NCBI GenBank assembly: GCA_963662715.1 | Contig: OY759724.1 | Coordinates: 1,320,001 to 1,352,000, forward strand | Direction: 5' to 3' | Length of the DNA stretch: 32,000 nucleotides | Origin: Candidatus Omnitrophota bacterium | GTDB lineage: Bacteria > Omnitrophota > Gorgyraeia > Zapsychrales > JANLHA01 | Part shown: positions 15,542-25,105 of the stretch, in pieces | Numbering within the stretch: the first letter of the stretch is position 1 | How the letters are laid out: each line of letters begins with the position of its first letter | Notes under the pieces: generated by a model | The model's database searches: none | What the model was told of the DNA's origin: nothing | What the model saw: only the letters and a program-made list of their open reading frames with translations | Position numbers and translations under genes: made by a program

Positions 15542-17002
15542 ATGCATAAACGACTCGTTTTTACAACGATCTCCCGGATTTTTCTTATTGTCTCCCTGGT
15601 TTTGTTGGCCCCACTGGGCTGGGCGCTCGAGGCAGATGCCCACAGCCAGGAAGTCCGGGCTTTTATTTTTACAATTATTTTGGGTTTGGGGATTTCTCTC
15701 CTGTCCCGGCTGATATTTCGTTTCAAAAAAGGCGATTATTTAAAACTTAATGCCAAAGACGGGCTGGCGATCGTCGGGCTTTCCTGGGTCGGGCTCGCCG
15801 CCTTTGGGGCATTGCCGTTGTTTTTTGGCGGCGCCGTGGATAGTTTCACGGATGCTTTTTTTGAAGTCACGAGCGGGTTGACCACAACCGGGGCAACAAT
15901 TTTTACGGATATCGAAACGCTTCCCCGGGGCATTCTTTTTTGGAGAAGCCTGACGCATTGGTTGGGAGGGATGGGGATCATTGTCCTGTACCTGGCGCTT
16001 TTGCCGGCTTTGGGGCAGACGTCTTTTCAGTTGTTTCAGGCCGAGTCGCCCGGGATAACCGCTGAGCGGATACAGCCGCGCATTAAAGAAACAGCAAAAA
16101 TTTTATGGACGGTTTATTTCCTGCTTTCGCTTTTTGAAACCGTATTGTTAATGGCCGGAAGGATGCCGTTTTTTGATGCTCTTTGCCACACGTTTGGAAC
16201 AATGGCCACAGGAGGTTTCTCAACCCGGAATGCCAGCATAGGCGCCTATGGCCCGTTTATTCAATGGGTGATTATTGTCTTTATGTTTTTAGCCGGGACG
16301 AATTTTGTCTTGCATTATTACGCTTTAAGAGGAGATGTGAGAAGTTATCTGCGGAGCGAAGAATTCCGTTTTTATTTTTTGATAACGATTCTCATGATAC
16401 CGGTCTTCGCCCTGGTTCTGGGCCTGACCCGTTTGACATTGACCCCGTTGAGGGATGCTGCCTTTCAGGTTGTCTCCATTATGACCACCACGGGGTACAC
16501 TACGGCTGATTTTGATCTTTGGCCGGTCGGGCTGCGCTTTACTCTTATTTTATTAATGTTTATCGGCGGGTGCGGTGGCTCCACCGGAGGGGGATTGAAA
16601 GTCGTAAGGGTTTTTCTGTCCATCAAAATGGCGTGGTATTCTATGATTCAGGCGATTTATCCCAATGCGGTTCTCCCGATCAAGATGGATGGCAAGCCGG
16701 TGCCTTCAAAGTTAACGATCGGAGTTTTGTCTTATTTTTTTATTTTTATGATGTTGTTTTTGTTTGGAACTCTGGTCTTGACCATCACAGACACGGACCG
16801 TTGCGGATTGGTTACGGCTTTATCCGCTTCCATCGCCAGTTTGAGCAATATCGGCCCGGGCCTTGCGCATGTGGGGGCGACACAGAATTATGCCTGGATT
16901 TCCATTCCGGGAAAATGGGTTCTGATATTTTTAATGCTGGCCGGCCGGCTGGAACTTTATTCCATTCTTGTTTTAATGCTTCCGGCAACGTGGAAGAAGT
17001 AA
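15542..17002 (+). CDS. trkH: Potassium transporter TrkH/KtrB family
   Basis: 486-aa polytopic membrane protein with repeated selectivity-filter-like TTTG/TGGF/TTGY/GGGS segments. It is adjacent to trkA. Confidence 0.88.
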   Translation: MHKRLVFTTISRIFLIVSLVLLAPLGWALEADAHSQEVRAFIFTIILGLGISLLSRLIFRFKKGDYLKLNAKDGLAIVGLSWVGLAAFGALPLFFGGAVDSFTDAFFEVTSGLTTTGATIFTDIETLPRGILFWRSLTHWLGGMGIIVLYLALLPALGQTSFQLFQAESPGITAERIQPRIKETAKILWTVYFLLSLFETVLLMAGRMPFFDALCHTFGTMATGGFSTRNASIGAYGPFIQWVIIVFMFLAGTNFVLHYYALRGDVRSYLRSEEFRFYFLITILMIPVFALVLGLTRLTLTPLRDAAFQVVSIMTTTGYTTADFDLWPVGLRFTLILLMFIGGCGGSTGGGLKVVRVFLSIKMAWYSMIQAIYPNAVLPIKMDGKPVPSKLTIGVLSYFFIFMMLFLFGTLVLTITDTDRCGLVTALSASIASLSNIGPGLAHVGATQNYAWISIPGKWVLIFLMLAGRLELYSILVLMLPATWKK

Positions 17003-17050
17003 TCGTTGAAGACGCTCTTCCGGAAAGCTCTTTTCGGGGAAAGAAAAAGA

Positions 17051-17059
17051 TGCTATAAT
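17051..17059 (+). promoter_or_regulatory. Extended -10 promoter element (TGCTATAAT) upstream of pheS
   Basis: A TGnTATAAT match 123 nt upstream of the pheS ATG. There is no good -35. Confidence 0.45.
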
Positions 17060-17181
17060 GCCCCGGTCATTTTTGCTGTCATCGTCTTTCGTGTTTTATC
17101 ACGAAGCTTTAAACGAAAAAGCGGGTAACCGCACTGTGGCGGAATCGAGCGTTAATCCTGCTTTGTGAAAAGGAAAAAGAG

Positions 17182-18216
17182 ATGCTTTGGGATTTTGAGG
17201 ATATTAAAGAAAAAGCTCAAAAGGAAATAGCGGCTAGCCCGGACCTGGATGCCCTGGAAGCAGTGCGTATTAAATATTTAGGCCGAAAAGGATTATTGCC
17301 GGAAATTTTTGCCAGCCTGGCAACGGCGCCGAAAGAAGAGAAACCTCTTATCGGGAAAGGAGCCAATATTCTGAGGAACTGGCTCACCCAGGCTATTGAA
17401 GACACAAAAAAAGGATTGCAGGATTCCCTGCAGGAAACAACCGACAAAATTGATATTACGCTTCCCGGGGTTGCCCCTGAATCGGGACACAGACATATTT
17501 TAACGCAGATCATTGATGAAATTTGTCAGATCTTTGTCGGGCTTGGTTTTGTCGTTCAAGAAGGGCCGGAAATGGAAACCGAATTTCACAACTTTGCGGC
17601 TTTGAATATCCCGGTTGATCATCCTTCCCGGGATGCCTTTGACACGTTTTATCTGGAATCGGCGGATCCGGATAACCCGAACCGAAATCTATTGCTGCGT
17701 TCACACACGTCTCCGGGACAGATTCGTATTATGGAGAAATATAAGCCGCCGTTAGCTGTTGTGATCCCGGGGAAAGTTTACCGTCCCGACGCCGTTGATG
17801 CCAGCCACTCGTTTATGTTTCATCAAATTGAAGGCCTGCTCGTTGACGAGGCTGTAAAGTTTTCCGATCTGAAAGGGCTTTTAACTGTTTTTTGCCAGCG
17901 GTTTTTCGGAGAAAACATTCTCATGCGTTTTCGCCCGCATTTTTTTCCTTTTACGGAACCGTCAGCGGAAGTTGATATTTCCTGCTATATCTGTAATGGC
18001 AAGGGATGTTCTGTCTGCGGCCGTAAAGGATGGCTGGAAATTTTGGGATGCGGCATGGTTAATCCCAAAGTTTTTGCCGCCGTAAAATACCCCAAAGGAA
18101 AGTATACCGGACTGGCTTTCGGTATGGGGGTTGAGCGCATGGCAATGCTGAAATACGGTATTCACGATATTCGGATATTTTTTGAGAATGACAAGCGGTT
18201 TTTAACACAGTTTTAA
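17182..18216 (+). CDS. pheS: Phenylalanyl-tRNA synthetase alpha subunit
   Basis: Contains HPSRDAFDTFY, LLRSHTSPGQIR, FFPFTEPSAEVD and GMGVERMAMLKYGI. Confidence 0.95.
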   Translation: MLWDFEDIKEKAQKEIAASPDLDALEAVRIKYLGRKGLLPEIFASLATAPKEEKPLIGKGANILRNWLTQAIEDTKKGLQDSLQETTDKIDITLPGVAPESGHRHILTQIIDEICQIFVGLGFVVQEGPEMETEFHNFAALNIPVDHPSRDAFDTFYLESADPDNPNRNLLLRSHTSPGQIRIMEKYKPPLAVVIPGKVYRPDAVDASHSFMFHQIEGLLVDEAVKFSDLKGLLTVFCQRFFGENILMRFRPHFFPFTEPSAEVDISCYICNGKGCSVCGRKGWLEILGCGMVNPKVFAAVKYPKGKYTGLAFGMGVERMAMLKYGIHDIRIFFENDKRFLTQF

Positions 18217-18229
18217 CAGGGTTGTTATC

Positions 18230-20260
18230 ATGAAGATAAGCGTTAAATGGCTAAAAGATTATATCTCCTTTAGTATTCCCGTTGAAAAACTGGCTCATAA
18301 ATTGACCATGGCCGGCCTGGAAGTTGAAAAGATTGAGGCCGTTGGCGATGATACTGTTTTGGATTTGGAGATAACGCCTAACCGGCCTGATTGTTTGAAT
18401 TTCCAGGGGATTGCCCGCGAATTGGCCGCGGTTTTAGACAAGCAGCTGAAAAAACCGAAGGTCAAGAAGATGCTTCCTCCCAAGGCCAAATGCGAGATTG
18501 AAATCCTTGATAAAAAAGGTTGCGGCCGTTATATCGGAACCCTGATAGAATCTGTCTGTGTCCGGGAGTCGCCCTCGTGGCTGACAGTTCGCCTGGCGGC
18601 ATTGGGAAACCGGACAATCAATAATGTTGTTGATATTACGAACTTTTGCCTTTTTGAAAACGGGCAGCCGTTGCATGCTTTTGATTATGACAAACTCATC
18701 GGAGGAAGAATTGTCGTTCGGCGGGCCCGGGCCGGAGAAAAGATTGTGACCCTGGACGGCGTGGAGCGCCTGCTGGATCCTTCTATCCTGGTTATTGCCG
18801 ATGCCCAGCGGCCTGTGGCTATTGCCGGAGTCATGGGAGGCCAGGAAACAGAAGTGACAGAGCAAACACAGCGTATTCTGTTGGAGAGCGCGCACTTTGA
18901 TCCTATTCTCATCCGTAAAGCCTCAAGGGCTCTGGGGATAAAAACAGATTCATCGTATCGTTTTGAACGCGGCGTGGATTTTACAACTGTTGAGAGCGGG
19001 GCGGCCCGGGCTGTAAGCCTTATCCTGCGGGAAGCGAACGGAACCGTTGTTGCCCGAAAAGACGCCTTCCCTGCCCGGCCCAAAGCAAGAGGGAAAGCCA
19101 TTCCCGTTAAAATGGAAGACGTCAATTCTTTATTAGGCTCGGACTTATCCTTGGCCAAGTGCCGCACTATTTTAAAGAAACTGGATTTTCATGTCACGAA
19201 AGCTTCTGCCAATATGATGAAAGTCACCGCCCCTTCTTCCCGCGGGGACGTTAAAGATCCGGTGGATGTTATCGAGGAGGTCGCCAGGATCGTAGGGTAT
19301 GATAATCTTCCCCTAACCTTACCCCTCATTAAAGCTCAAAATGTCCCCTCGCAGGAAGATTATCCTTTTATTAATAAGGTCCGGGACTGCCTTTGCGGAG
19401 CCGGGTACAGCGAAATTATTTCCTATGCTTTAATAAGCCGGGACTCTTTGGAGAAGAGCGGCTTATCGCAGCTTTCCGGGATAAAGGTTGTTAATCCGCT
19501 TTCGTTGGATCAGGAAATTATGCGCCCTTCTTTATTCCCAAGCATGTTGGCCGTTGTCAAAGGGAACGTTAACAGGGGACAGAAGGATATTAAAATTTTT
19601 GAAACAGGAAAAACCTACCGGGGGAAGAAGGAACAGAAAGAGGTGGCTATTATGATGACCGGCAAGGTTTATCATGATTGGCGCCGTCTTGAAAATAAAA
19701 ATGCGGACTTTTTTGATTTGAAAGGGATTGTGCAGCGGGTTTTAACGCGTGCCGGGATCAAGGACTTTATTTGTGATCCGGATGAAAATTCTATGTATCA
19801 GAAAAATTGCGGGGCAAAAATCATGGCGGGAAAAAAAGCCCTGGGAACGTTCGGACAGGTAGACCAGGACATTTTGCAGCAATGGGACATAAAGCATCGG
19901 ACGGTCTTTTTTGCCCATATCGATCTTGCGCAACTTTTTTTGCTGTCGAGTCGCAAAAAGGCTTTTCAGGGGATATCCGATTTCCCGGCGATGACGCGGG
20001 ATATAAGCGTGGCTGTCAGACAGGATGTCCCTTATCAGAAAGTGATGGACATCGTTTCCCGGCAGGCCGGCCCCTTGCTTGAAAACATAGCTTTTTTAGA
20101 GGAGTACCGCGGCGAAAAGATTCCCCAGGGATACCGGGGCCTTATCTTTTCTTTGACCTACCAGTCGCCCCAAAGAACTCTTGTAGAGGATGAAGTAAAT
20201 AAAGTCCACGGAGACATTACTCAGGCGCTCGTTGATGAAATAGGCGGGATACTTCGTTGA
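18230..20260 (+). CDS. pheT: Phenylalanyl-tRNA synthetase beta subunit lacking the B2 (OB-fold tRNA-binding) domain
   Basis: 676 aa. MKISVKWLKDYI...LTMAGLEVEKIEAVGDDTVLDLEITPNRPDCL jumps directly from B1 to the B3/B4 region, so the ~110-aa segment present in E. coli PheT is absent. The B5, B6/7 and C-terminal FDX-ACB (B8) regions are present. Confidence 0.92.
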   Translation: MKISVKWLKDYISFSIPVEKLAHKLTMAGLEVEKIEAVGDDTVLDLEITPNRPDCLNFQGIARELAAVLDKQLKKPKVKKMLPPKAKCEIEILDKKGCGRYIGTLIESVCVRESPSWLTVRLAALGNRTINNVVDITNFCLFENGQPLHAFDYDKLIGGRIVVRRARAGEKIVTLDGVERLLDPSILVIADAQRPVAIAGVMGGQETEVTEQTQRILLESAHFDPILIRKASRALGIKTDSSYRFERGVDFTTVESGAARAVSLILREANGTVVARKDAFPARPKARGKAIPVKMEDVNSLLGSDLSLAKCRTILKKLDFHVTKASANMMKVTAPSSRGDVKDPVDVIEEVARIVGYDNLPLTLPLIKAQNVPSQEDYPFINKVRDCLCGAGYSEIISYALISRDSLEKSGLSQLSGIKVVNPLSLDQEIMRPSLFPSMLAVVKGNVNRGQKDIKIFETGKTYRGKKEQKEVAIMMTGKVYHDWRRLENKNADFFDLKGIVQRVLTRAGIKDFICDPDENSMYQKNCGAKIMAGKKALGTFGQVDQDILQQWDIKHRTVFFAHIDLAQLFLLSSRKKAFQGISDFPAMTRDISVAVRQDVPYQKVMDIVSRQAGPLLENIAFLEEYRGEKIPQGYRGLIFSLTYQSPQRTLVEDEVNKVHGDITQALVDEIGGILR

Positions 20261-20275
20261 TTTTTCTTTCTTTCT

Positions 20276-20298
20276 GCCCCTTGTTGAAGGGGCGTTTT
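20276..20298 (+). terminator. Intrinsic terminator after pheT
   Basis: GCCCCTT (20276-20282), loop GTTG, AAGGGGC (20287-20293), then GTTTTG. Confidence 0.6.
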
Positions 20299-20303
20299 GA
20301 AAG

Positions 20304-20312
20304 TGTTATAAT
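20304..20312 (+). promoter_or_regulatory. Extended -10 promoter element (TGTTATAAT) upstream of rarA
   Basis: A TGnTATAAT match. The same 9-mer recurs at 29317-29325. Confidence 0.45.
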
Positions 20313-20427
20313 ACTTCTACCCTGCTGTGTTCGTTAGTGGCTCTATAAATTGAACCAACAGATTTAGGACGGGAAGCTAAACTTCTGGGGAATCCGTGGA
20401 TTTCTCAGAGAAGTACCCACTTATAGC

Positions 20428-21855
20428 ATGGGTTCACCGTTTCTAAAGCCCGACGGCATGGTGGGGTTTTTTTATGGGAGCGCAGCACAAGACATGAGCA
20501 AAGATAAGACCAACTTTCCGGAAACTTCGGTCGATTTGTTTTCAGATCCTCAGGACGGGCACTTATTCCAGTCTTCCCCCTTAAGCTTTCGGATGCGCCC
20601 ACAGCAGCTTGATCAGATCGTTGGGCAGGAACATATCCTCGGTCCGGGCAAACTTCTGACCCGCGTCATCAAAGCCGACCGTTTAAGCTCTCTTATTCTT
20701 TACGGCCCACCGGGGGTGGGAAAAACCACCTTAGCCAGCTGTATCAGCCATTCAACACAGTCTCCCTTTGTCCGGATCAATGCCGTGACATCCAATGTCG
20801 AGCAGTTGAGGAAAATTTTATCTGCGGGACAGCATCGCTGGCGAACCAGCGCAAAAAAAACGATCCTGTTTATTGATGAAATCCATCGTTTTAACAAGAA
20901 TCAGCAGGAGGTTCTTCTGCCTGACTTGGAAGAGGGGTATATCATTCTTGTTGGCGCAACGGTTTTTAATCCTTATTTTTCTTTGGTCGGGCCTTTGATA
21001 TCCCGGTCGCTTATTTTTGAGCTTAAGCCTTTAAGCGAAAGAGATATTTGTCTTGTTTTAGAAAGGGCTTTAAAGGATCAGAAAAACGGGCTGGGAACCT
21101 TAAAAATCAGAGCTTCGGAAGACGCCTTGCAATTTTTAGCTCAGCACAGTGATGGGGACGCCCGTAAAGCCTTAAATGCGCTGGAGATTGGCGCCTTAAC
21201 CACGCCGCCGGATCCGCAGGGGACGGTCTTTTTTTCTCCAGATGCGGCGCGGGAATCTATTCAGAAAAAAATTGTCTATGATAGGGATGGCGATGCCCAT
21301 TATGATACGGCGTCAGCGTTTATTAAGTCTATGCGGGGCTCTGACCCGGATGCGGCCCTTTATTGGCTGGCAAAAATGGTTTATGCGGGAGAGGACCCGC
21401 GGTTTATCGCCCGGAGAATATGTATCTGCGCCGCGGAAGATGTCGGGAACGCTGATCCGCATGCTTTAATTTTAGCCAATGCGGCCCTGCAGGTCTCTGA
21501 ATTTGTCGGCATGCCGGAAGCGAGGATCCCTTTGGCGCAGGCAACGGTCTATGTGGCCAGCGCCCCTAAATCCAATGCCTGCTATATGGGGATAGAAAAC
21601 GCATTAAAAGACATCAAACATCATACAACAGAAGAAGTTCCGTCATATTTAAAAGACGCCTCTTATCCCGGCGCCCAGAAGCTCGGCCGGGGCGAGGGGT
21701 ATAAATATGCGCATAATTATGACAGTCATTATGTTCAGCAGGCGTATATGCCGCGGAAAGCAAAATATTATATTCCAACCGAGATGGGCGTCGAAAAAAA
21801 GATAAAAGGATGGCTGGAACATCTTGAAAAACTGAAAAATCGGAATTCCGAATAG
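20428..21855 (+). CDS. rarA: Replication-associated recombination protein A (MgsA/RarA AAA+ ATPase)
   Basis: Contains RMRPQQLDQIVGQEH, Walker A (GPPGVGKTTLA), FIDEIHRFNK and the MgsA C-terminal block (HYDTASAFIKSMRGSDPDAALYWLAKM...). The start is ambiguous. Comparison with E. coli RarA favours the ATG at 20494 (MSKDKTNF...). Confidence 0.92.
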   Translation: MGSPFLKPDGMVGFFYGSAAQDMSKDKTNFPETSVDLFSDPQDGHLFQSSPLSFRMRPQQLDQIVGQEHILGPGKLLTRVIKADRLSSLILYGPPGVGKTTLASCISHSTQSPFVRINAVTSNVEQLRKILSAGQHRWRTSAKKTILFIDEIHRFNKNQQEVLLPDLEEGYIILVGATVFNPYFSLVGPLISRSLIFELKPLSERDICLVLERALKDQKNGLGTLKIRASEDALQFLAQHSDGDARKALNALEIGALTTPPDPQGTVFFSPDAARESIQKKIVYDRDGDAHYDTASAFIKSMRGSDPDAALYWLAKMVYAGEDPRFIARRICICAAEDVGNADPHALILANAALQVSEFVGMPEARIPLAQATVYVASAPKSNACYMGIENALKDIKHHTTEEVPSYLKDASYPGAQKLGRGEGYKYAHNYDSHYVQQAYMPRKAKYYIPTEMGVEKKIKGWLEHLEKLKNRNSE

Positions 21856-22056
21856 TCCGCGTGGCTTTTTCCTCCCCCCTTGAAGATTTTTAGAAATATT
21901 TCCTCATAATGGCCTGGCCTCCCTAAAATTAAAGTTGTATAATTAAATAAAAAGTGATAATATTAAAGGTCTCAATGAAAATGCTTGTATGTCTTAGTCA
22001 TTGAAGACATTAAGAAAAAACGAATTATTTTAACCCGTAAAACGTTTATTATTGCA

Positions 22057-22614
22057 GTGAAATTTTTGACTAAAGAAGAGATCCGCAAGCAAATACGGAA
22101 AGATTTAAGAAACCAAAAGGAGGAAGATCGGCTTAGAAAAAGCTTGGTGATTCAGGAGAGGCTTTTTGCCCTTCCGGAATTTAATGATTCTAAGACAATA
22201 CTTTTTTATGTATCCTTTGATGGGGAAGTGGAAACATCCGGCATGATAAGACAGGCAAAAGAATTAGGCAAAAGAATCGCATTACCTAATATTTTAAAGA
22301 AAGACAGAAAAATTATACCCATACTTGTTGAAAGTTTTAACGATTTAGAAGTAGGGCCTTACGGTATCAGGCAACCCGCTTTTGATCCGAATTTTCGTTT
22401 AGATCCGGGGGATCTGGATTTGTGTGTTGTCCCCGGGATGGCTTTTGACCGCACTCTGCATCGTTTGGGTCGAGGAGCGGGGTATTATGATCGTTTTTTG
22501 ACGACATTATCGGAAAAAACCCGTACTGTGGGGCTTGCCTTTCATTTTCAAGTATTGGACTGCCTGCCGACAGAAGAACACGATGTTCCCCTTTCGCATC
22601 TCATTAGCGATTAA
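22057..22614 (+). CDS. 5-formyltetrahydrofolate cyclo-ligase
   Basis: Contains ...KEEIRKQIRKDLRNQ...ILFYVSFDGEVET...VVPGMAFDRTLHRLGRGAGYYDRFL.... The track ORF starts at TTG 21985. An in-frame GTG at 22057 or TTG at 22066 gives the usual N-terminus. Confidence 0.85.
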   Translation: MKFLTKEEIRKQIRKDLRNQKEEDRLRKSLVIQERLFALPEFNDSKTILFYVSFDGEVETSGMIRQAKELGKRIALPNILKKDRKIIPILVESFNDLEVGPYGIRQPAFDPNFRLDPGDLDLCVVPGMAFDRTLHRLGRGAGYYDRFLTTLSEKTRTVGLAFHFQVLDCLPTEEHDVPLSHLISD

Positions 22615-22655
22615 GACCAAGCGCATTTTAAGAAATTCATTATTATCTAATTAGT

Positions 22656-22678
22656 GAGACAGGTAAAAAACTTGTCTC
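22656..22678 (+). promoter_or_regulatory. Stem-loop in the rny 5' region
   Basis: GAGACAGG (22656-22663), loop TAAAAAA, CTTGTCTC (22671-22678). This gives 8 bp including one G-U. No U-tract follows, and it lies 10 nt upstream of the rny GGAG. Confidence 0.35.
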
Positions 22679-22699
22679 TGGAATAGAAGGAGACGGACT

Positions 22700-24271
22700 A
22701 TGTTTGATAGTGTTACTATGCAAAGTCTTGTTTTGTCTACGCTTTTTTTGACAGGGTTAGCGATTGGATATCTTTTGCGGGCGTTTTTTGCCAGCAAGAC
22801 ATTAAAAGAGGCAGAGCAGAGAGCCAAAGATTTAACTGTTTTTGCCGAACGCGAAGCCGAAAGCCGTAAAAAAGAAGCGGAATTAGCGGCAAAAGACTTG
22901 ATGTTGAAATTAAGACAGGATTTTGAAAAGGAAACCAAGGAAAGGCGGGAGGAGATTTCCGCTGCCGAAAAACGGATTTTGCAAAAAGAAGAAAATTTGG
23001 ATAAACGCGTTGATCTCTTGGAAAAGAAAGAGAAGGATATAAATAATCGTCTGGCATCTCTGAGGCAGGAAGAAGACGTGATAAAAAACAAAATGGAGGA
23101 GTTTTCAAAGCTTATTGAAGAAGAAAAGAAAAGGCTTCAGGAGATTTCTTCCTTAACAGAGGAAGACGCTAAAGATTTATTGCTGACCCGGGTGGATGAG
23201 GAGCTTGTGCAGGAAAAAGCGACCCGTATCCGGAGAGCCGAAGAAGAAATAAAAAGCACGAGCGAAAAAGTCGCCAGACAGATCGTCTGCACCGCGATTC
23301 AGCGGTGTGCCTCGGATCATACCGCTGAAACGACCATAAGCGTTGTGGCTTTGCCCAGCGATGAAATGAAAGGGCGCATTATCGGACGGGAAGGGCGAAA
23401 TATCCGCACGTTAGAGATGGCGACCGGCGTGGATATTATTATCGATGATACCCCGGAAGCGGTGACCATATCAGGCTTCGATATGGTTCGGCGGGAGATC
23501 GCCAGAATAGCCCTGGAAAAACTTATTGCCGACGGCCGGATACATCCGGGCCGTATTGAAGAGGTCGTTGAAAAAGCTAAAAAGGAAATAGAGGAACACA
23601 TTAAAGAAGAAGGCGATAAGGCCGCTTTTGATTTGGGTATACATGAAATGCATCCGGAACTCTTAAAGCTTGTCGGACGGCTGAAATACCGGACAAGTTT
23701 TGGGCAGAATGCTTTAGTCCATACAAAGGAAGTTGCGAAATTAATGGGGCTTATGGCATCCCAATTGAATTTGGAGCTTAAAACGGCTGTGCGTGTCGGG
23801 TTGTTGCATGACATCGGGAAAGTGGTTTCCCAGGAAGTCGAGGAAGGAACCCACGCAACGGTCGGGGCGAATCTGGCGCGTAAATATAATGAAAATGAGG
23901 TTGTTGTTAATTCCATTGCGTCTCATCATGATGAAGTTGAGTGTGAAAGCATTTACGGCGTTCTGCTTTGCGCCGCCGATGCGATCAGCGCGGCCCGGCC
24001 GGGAGCAAGAGCCGAGACGCTGGAGACATATGTCAAGCGGCTGGAAAGCCTTGAGAAGATCGCCAATATTTTTAAGGGCGTGGATAAAGCGTACGCTTTG
24101 CAGGCGGGGCGTGAAATCCGGATCATGGTGAGTCCGGAAAAAATCAATGATGACGAAGCGATTGTTTTGGCCAGAGATATTCGAAAACGCATTGAACAGG
24201 AGTTGGAATATCCGGGACAGATTAAAGTTATTGTTGTCCGGGAAACACGGGCTGTGGAATATGCCAAATAA
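22700..24271 (+). CDS. rny: Ribonuclease Y
   Basis: N-terminal TM helix, a coiled-coil K/E-rich region, KH domain ([15 protein letters not shown]) and HD domain (LLHDIGK...ASHH). Confidence 0.95.
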   Translation: MFDSVTMQSLVLSTLFLTGLAIGYLLRAFFASKTLKEAEQRAKDLTVFAEREAESRKKEAELAAKDLMLKLRQDFEKETKERREEISAAEKRILQKEENLDKRVDLLEKKEKDINNRLASLRQEEDVIKNKMEEFSKLIEEEKKRLQEISSLTEEDAKDLLLTRVDEELVQEKATRIRRAEEEIKSTSEKVARQIVCTAIQRCASDHTAETTISVVALPSDEMKGRIIGREGRNIRTLEMATGVDIIIDDTPEAVTISGFDMVRREIARIALEKLIADGRIHPGRIEEVVEKAKKEIEEHIKEEGDKAAFDLGIHEMHPELLKLVGRLKYRTSFGQNALVHTKEVAKLMGLMASQLNLELKTAVRVGLLHDIGKVVSQEVEEGTHATVGANLARKYNENEVVVNSIASHHDEVECESIYGVLLCAADAISAARPGARAETLETYVKRLESLEKIANIFKGVDKAYALQAGREIRIMVSPEKINDDEAIVLARDIRKRIEQELEYPGQIKVIVVRETRAVEYAK

Positions 24272-24319
24272 AATGTCTGGTTAAGCGGATAACGTTTAAT
24301 AATATGAGCCGTTTTTATA

Positions 24320-25105
24320 ATGAATATTCTTTGTATAGGTGATATTGTTGGAAAAGCCGGGCGGACACTCGTGCATGAACTGCTGCCGCAGCTGAAAGAG
24401 GAGTTTGCGCTTGATCTGGTGGTCGCCAACGCAGAGAACGCGGCCGGCGGTTCAGGTTTGACGCCCAAAATAGCCTCTCAGCTTTTTTCCTATGGATGCG
24501 ATGTCCTGACTTTGGGAGATCACGTCTGGGACCGGGAAGAGATTAAGGCTTTTTTCCCGGAGAATCCCCGTGTTCTGCGTCCGGCCAATTTACCGGAGGG
24601 GGTTCCGGGCCAGGGGTGGTGTGTTGTTGAAACAGGCTCGGGACACAAAGCGGCCATAATTAACCTTTTAGGCCGGGTTTTTATGCGTTATAATGTGGAT
24701 TGTCCTTTTCTGGCGTTTGAAAAATTGTATAACTTTTTGAAAAAGGACACCCCCGTTATTCTTGTGGACTTTCATGCAGAAGCAACAAGTGAAAAAGTCG
24801 CTTTTGGTAAATATTCTGCCGGAAAAACGTCTTGCGTGTTTGGCACGCATACGCATATTCAAACAGCCGATGAAAAAATTTTACAGCAAGGGACAGCTTA
24901 TATCACGGATCTGGGAATGACCGGGCCATATGATTCTGTTATCGGACAGGATACCCAGAAAATCATCAGAAGGTTTTTGACCAGTATCCCGGAACGATTT
25001 GAAGTTGCCAAAGGAGACCCCTGGTTGCATGGCGTTGTCGTTGCGGTTGATGGACAAACGGGGCAGGCTTTAAAAATAACCCGATTACAAAGGAGTCTTT
25101 CATGA
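24320..25105 (+). CDS. ymdB: YmdB-family metallophosphoesterase (2',3'-cyclic-nucleotide 2'-phosphodiesterase)
   Basis: MNILCIGDIVGKAGR...VVANAENAAGGSGLT...LTLGDHVWD...DFHAEATSEK...GTHTHIQTADE. The rny-ymdB pairing is the same as in Bacillus. Confidence 0.9.
   Translation: MNILCIGDIVGKAGRTLVHELLPQLKEEFALDLVVANAENAAGGSGLTPKIASQLFSYGCDVLTLGDHVWDREEIKAFFPENPRVLRPANLPEGVPGQGWCVVETGSGHKAAIINLLGRVFMRYNVDCPFLAFEKLYNFLKKDTPVILVDFHAEATSEKVAFGKYSAGKTSCVFGTHTHIQTADEKILQQGTAYITDLGMTGPYDSVIGQDTQKIIRRFLTSIPERFEVAKGDPWLHGVVVAVDGQTGQALKITRLQRSLS

Noticed and set aside
16519-17058. 179-aa plus-strand alternative-frame ORF over the 3' end of trkH, together with the many other 60-200-aa antisense or off-frame ORFs in the track (e.g. 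2198-2650, 11671-12228, 18434-19167, 22651-23108, 23317-23916, 23953-24468, 27983-28516)
   Set aside because: All are nested within strongly supported conserved genes. They have R/P/G/S-rich or otherwise low-complexity translations typical of off-frame reading, and they lack ribosome-binding sites.
17060-17181. T-box or Phe-leader-peptide attenuator upstream of pheS. GCGGGTAACCGC vaguely resembles the T-box core. CCGC (17129-32) can pair with GCGG on either side. An ORF starting at 17057 encodes ...SFVFY....
   Set aside because: The leader is too short for a T-box, and it lacks the UGGN bulge, a specifier loop and a terminator. The alternative helices are only 4 bp. The small ORF starts inside the -10 box, has only 3 Phe codons and has no SD.
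20313-20493. Possible regulatory RNA in the long rarA 5' region (imperfect hairpin CTTCTGGGGAATCC-GTG-GGATTTCTCAGAGAAG at about 20371-20403)
   Set aside because: The hairpin is imperfect. The region may simply be coding if the ATG at 20428 is the true start. Nothing identifies a known element.
21856-22056. 6S RNA (ssrS) upstream of the 5-formyl-THF cyclo-ligase gene, by analogy with E. coli ssrS-ygfA
   Set aside because: The 200-nt gap is very AT-rich. Its only feature is a local 7-bp hairpin, ATGTCTT/AAGACAT at 21989-22010. I could find no long-range 5'/3' complementarity to form a closing stem.
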